Assembly: GCA_963725865.1 (NCBI GenBank)
Contig: CAVSAC010000012.1
Location: forward strand, 288,001 to 352,000
Length of the DNA stretch: 64,000 nucleotides
DNA from: Candidatus Eiseniibacteriota bacterium
GTDB taxonomy: Bacteria > Eisenbacteria > RBG-16-71-46
Reading direction: 5' to 3'
Shown in pieces: positions 60,852 to 64,000 of the stretch (its first letter is position 1; every line of letters starts with the position of its first letter). Position numbers and translations under genes: made by a program. Under the pieces are notes generated by a model, which saw only the letters and a list, made by a program, of their open reading frames with translations, was not told where the DNA came from and made no database searches.

Positions 60852-63452
60852 TCACGGATTGATGCGAACTCCGAACCGGACCACCGCGGTGGCACCCGGG
60901 GCGAGCGTTCCGACGTCCACCACCACGCTGCCGGTGGCGCCGTTGGCGGGCTCCGCGGTCACCGCGCCCAGCGACGTGAAGGCCGGGATCGCGGCCGAGT
61001 ACACCGTGTTCGCCGGCGTGGCGTCGGTGACCGTCACGTTGGTCACCGAGGTCGAGCCGGTGTTGGTGACCTGGATCTCGTAGCGGATGCACGCGCCCGG
61101 AATCGCGCCGATGGTGAGGTCCGTCTGCACGTAGGCGCCGTCGGGCGTGCCATCACACGCGACGTCGAGCGCCTGCCACTTCTCGAGCAGGAGCTGGCCG
61201 TTGATGATGGTCGTCACGTCGGTGGCCTGCGCCGACGGCGGCGCACCGGTGTACGCGAGGTTGGAGGTGGTCGCGTCCAGCGTGGTCACGTTCACCTGCC
61301 CGAACGGAGCCCCCACCGGAGCCGCCACGCGGACGAACAGCCGCACGGTCTGGCCCGGATTCAGGCCGCCGATCGGCGACAGGTCGGAGAGCGTGGTGTC
61401 GGCCGCGTCGAACGCACCGTTGCCGTTGCGGTCCCAGTACACGGTCGCGTTCCAGCCGGGCTGGCTGTTCGGCGCGGTGAGCGTCACGACGCTGCCCACG
61501 GCGTCGCCTTCGATCACGTTGCCGGTGTTCGAGAGGAAGTGCGTGTACACCCAGAAGCCGCCCGGGATCACCTGCGCGCTGTTGTTCGGCACCAGCGTCA
61601 GGCGGCGCATCGCGTTGACCCCGACCTGGTCGTGGATGCGATCGGCCGCGCCGGTGTTGGGCGAGTGCGCGCGGAAGTACAGGTCGACGTCACCCGCGCC
61701 GAAGCCGGCAGGCACCGCGACGTCGGCGTACACCAGCACCGAGCCGTTCGCCGCCACCGGCACCGCCGCCACGATCGGCGCGTTGGCGCCGTCGCGGAAC
61801 GTCACCGTCCAACCGGCCGGCAGCGACAGCGACGCGAACGACGGATCGGTGCTGCTCGTCAGGTTGTAGAGGTCCGGCTGCGAGCTGGTGTTGTTCACGT
61901 ACAGCGTGAACCGCACGGTGGCGCCCGGCGAGGTGGTGTCACGCACCACGTACGCCAGCTCCGGACCGGGGCCGGCGCCGAGGCCGCCCGGCAGCGGCGC
62001 GTTGTTCGTGAGATCGACCGAGTTGGCGGTGATCGCCGTCAGGATGTCGGTGGCGGTCGCCTGGACGGTCGGGTTCGACGCGCTGGTCGCGGTCTTCTGC
62101 ACCTGGAACGGACCACCGGTCGCGTTCGCGGGCAGCAGCACCTGGAGCACGACGGTGTACGACGCACCGGGCCCGAGCGGGCCGGTGTCGGGGATGCCGT
62201 TGAGGTTCGAGTCGGTCAGCACGTTGACGCCGTTGCTCTGGTACAGCGTGACCACCGAGCCGGCCGGGAACGAGTTGGCGCCCCACGTGACGTCGTACGT
62301 GTCGGTGCCGTTGCCGGTGTTGGTGAGCACGTTCGAGAACGTGACCGTGGTGCCCTGCAGCGCCGACGGGACGGTCTGGCCGACGAACGTCAGCGCGGCG
62401 GTCTGGTTCACGACGAACGGCGCGACGTTGGTGAAGAACGGACCCGCCGCGGCGGCGCCGTCGAAGTACGCGAAGCGCGCCGCGTTGTCGATGGTCTGCG
62501 GCACCAGGCCCGAGTTCACCGTGATGTCGAACGTGAGCGACGCGGCGTTGCCCGGGTTCACGCGGCGGAAGATCGCCGTCAGCGTGCGCGAGGGGCCGTC
62601 GAAGATGTAGCGCACCGAGTCGCCCGCGGCGAGCTGCCAGTCGGTCGAGTCGGCGTCGGTGAGCGCGGTGGCGCCCGTCACGCTCCAGCGCGCGGAGCCC
62701 GCGACGTACGTCATGCCGGTCGGCACCACGTCGGTGACGCGCACGTCGGTGGCCGCGCTGTTGCCGTTGTTCTGGTACTGCACGGTGTAGCGCCACGGAC
62801 CCGAAGGCGACGGACCGTTGGGCTGGTTGATGCTCTTCGTCATCGCCATCACAGCATTGCCGGTCACGTTCACCCGGTCGGTGTTGAACGCCGTCTGCAG
62901 CGCGTCGAACGTGCTGGTCGCGGTGATGCGCAGCTGCGCGAACTGGCCGCCCACCTGGACGCCCGACACGTTGCCGACCACGACGAAGCGGAACGTCCCG
63001 CCCGCCGCGACCACGCCGGTGTTGGTGATCGCCGTGCCGTTGTCGGGCACGCCGTTGCCGTCGGCATCGACGTAGATCGCGAGACCCGACAGGTCGAAGT
63101 CGTCGCCCACCTGGTTGGCCAGCACCAGCGAGAGCGAATCGACGCCGTTGCCGGTATTGGTGATGACGTGCGGGAACACGACCTGCGTGCCCGGGGCCGC
63201 CGGCAGCGTCTGGCTGCTCACCAGCGTGAAGCTCGCCACCTGCTGCACGTACGTGGTGACGAAGTTCGAGGACACGGAACGCAGCGTGGAGGTGGCGTCC
63301 AGGTACGTGGCGGTGGCCTGATTGCCGATCGGCGTGCCGGCGGGCGGCGCGGCGTTCGCGGCCGGGGCCGCGAAGCCGAGCACGACGGTCGCGAGCAGCA
63401 GGCTCCCGGCCGCGATCCGGCGGATGGTCGAGAGGGACTTCACGGCGTTCAT
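60852..63452 (-). CDS. Secreted DUF11/Ig-repeat protein (candidate major fibre subunit)
   Basis: Signal MNAVKS...AAPAANA; repeated TNTGN..D modules with DxxxNGxxD loops; one complete and one C-terminally truncated DUF11. Confidence 0.87.
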   Translation of the reverse strand: MNAVKSLSTIRRIAAGSLLLATVVLGFAAPAANAAPPAGTPIGNQATATYLDATSTLRSVSSNFVTTYVQQVASFTLVSSQTLPAAPGTQVVFPHVITNTGNGVDSLSLVLANQVGDDFDLSGLAIYVDADGNGVPDNGTAITNTGVVAAGGTFRFVVVGNVSGVQVGGQFAQLRITATSTFDALQTAFNTDRVNVTGNAVMAMTKSINQPNGPSPSGPWRYTVQYQNNGNSAATDVRVTDVVPTGMTYVAGSARWSVTGATALTDADSTDWQLAAGDSVRYIFDGPSRTLTAIFRRVNPGNAASLTFDITVNSGLVPQTIDNAARFAYFDGAAAAGPFFTNVAPFVVNQTAALTFVGQTVPSALQGTTVTFSNVLTNTGNGTDTYDVTWGANSFPAGSVVTLYQSNGVNVLTDSNLNGIPDTGPLGPGASYTVVLQVLLPANATGGPFQVQKTATSASNPTVQATATDILTAITANSVDLTNNAPLPGGLGAGPGPELAYVVRDTTSPGATVRFTLYVNNTSSQPDLYNLTSSTDPSFASLSLPAGWTVTFRDGANAPIVAAVPVAANGSVLVYADVAVPAGFGAGDVDLYFRAHSPNTGAADRIHDQVGVNAMRRLTLVPNNSAQVIPGGFWVYTHFLSNTGNVIEGDAVGSVVTLTAPNSQPGWNATVYWDRNGNGAFDAADTTLSDLSPIGGLNPGQTVRLFVRVAAPVGAPFGQVNVTTLDATTSNLAYTGAPPSAQATDVTTIINGQLLLEKWQALDVACDGTPDGAYVQTDLTIGAIPGACIRYEIQVTNTGSTSVTNVTVTDATPANTVYSAAIPAFTSLGAVTAEPANGATGSVVVDVGTLAPGATAVVRFGVRINP

Positions 63453-63615
63453 GTGCACACTCCGAGGGTGGTGAGGTTCGGGCGAAGGTCGGGCCTGACC
63501 GCGGGCGGGTCGCGCGAGGGACGGCCGCGGGCGCACCGGCAGGGGCCGGGCGCGCGACGGCGCGGAGCACTCGCGGCGCGGGCCGCGACGCGGAGATCAG
63601 CCGTGGATCAACCGA

Positions 63616-64000
63616 TCAGTGCGTCGCAGCAGCCACCGGCACGGCCTGCACGCGCATGCGCGCGCTCACCGTGCGAGTGGATTTGGCCGCCAGCGTTCCC
63701 AGCGTCCAGCGCAGGTAGCGGTACTCCGCCAGCGGCACCGCACGCACGACCTCGCGACCGTCCGCCTGCTTCACGCGCCGCGTGAGCGGGACCGCCGCGA
63801 ACGTGCGGCCGTCGAGACTCGCCTCGAGCTTCGCCGGCCGAGCGGTCCGTCCGACGAACTCCATGCCCGCCGGGACCGGAAGCGTCGCCAGCATCTGGCG
63901 CGCCGGCTGGTCACCCGCGTTGGAGTAGGTGGCGCGGTACTCGACGAGATCGCCGGGCTTGATCTGGGCCGCGGGCGAGAGCGTCTCCTTGCCGTTGGTC
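63616..64000 (-). CDS. Small single-DUF11-like protein (5' end outside the window)
   Basis: Frame is open to the window edge: ...KPGDLVEYRATYSNAG...LPVPAGMEFV...YRYLRW..L...VSARMRV. Confidence 0.85.
   Translation of the reverse strand, partial: TNGKETLSPAAQIKPGDLVEYRATYSNAGDQPARQMLATLPVPAGMEFVGRTARPAKLEASLDGRTFAAVPLTRRVKQADGREVVRAVPLAEYRYLRWTLGTLAAKSTRTVSARMRVQAVPVAAATH

Noticed and set aside
60680..60895. N-terminal extensions given by the ORF track (also for ORFs at 55493, 63536, 27791 and 45356)
   Set aside because: Downstream starts with signal peptides, RBSs or stop/start overlaps fit better, and the extensions are low-complexity or overlap other genes.
8598..63785. Long alternative-frame or antisense ORFs (e.g. 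8598-10778, 21156-23456, 29666-33397, 55497-59540, 57605-60757, 60504-63785)
   Set aside because: They are Arg/Ala/Gly-rich shadow frames overlapping well-supported genes, as expected at this GC content.
1..64000. CRISPR array, tRNA, rRNA, integrase or transposase genes
   Set aside because: I saw no regularly spaced short repeats with unique spacers, no cloverleaf or rRNA signatures, and no recombinase motifs.

Overview
GC-rich bacterial window dominated by cell-surface and secreted proteins. About ten of them end in the same FlgD-Ig/T9SS-CTD-like tail (PNP...FDLAGRR...G.Y). That pattern suggests a diderm FCB-group organism such as Ca. Eisenbacteria (inference). Left end: a minus-strand tandem array of four FG-GAP repeat genes with near-identical shared ends and variable cores, three of them preceded by an identical sigma-54-type promoter. 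Middle: acyl-CoA dehydrogenase, M23 peptidase, a lower-GC islet, fabI, two tandem KimA-like transporters, udgB, trmO, a kelch protein, a cobalamin riboswitch heading a TonB receptor and a secreted beta-propeller, an M48 protease, a heparinase-like gene, a LiaF/LytS/LytTR module, thrH and lrp-lat-NUDIX/MBL-EamA. Right 14 kb: a four-gene DUF11 cluster whose termini look complementary (tip = acceptor only, shaft = donor + acceptor, outer-membrane anchor = donor only, small protein lacking the catalytic Asp). It may encode a donor-strand, isopeptide-crosslinked pilus-like fibre and is the best candidate for an undescribed system. Several genes carry frameshifts that may be sequencing errors. All family assignments are by motif recognition, without database searches.
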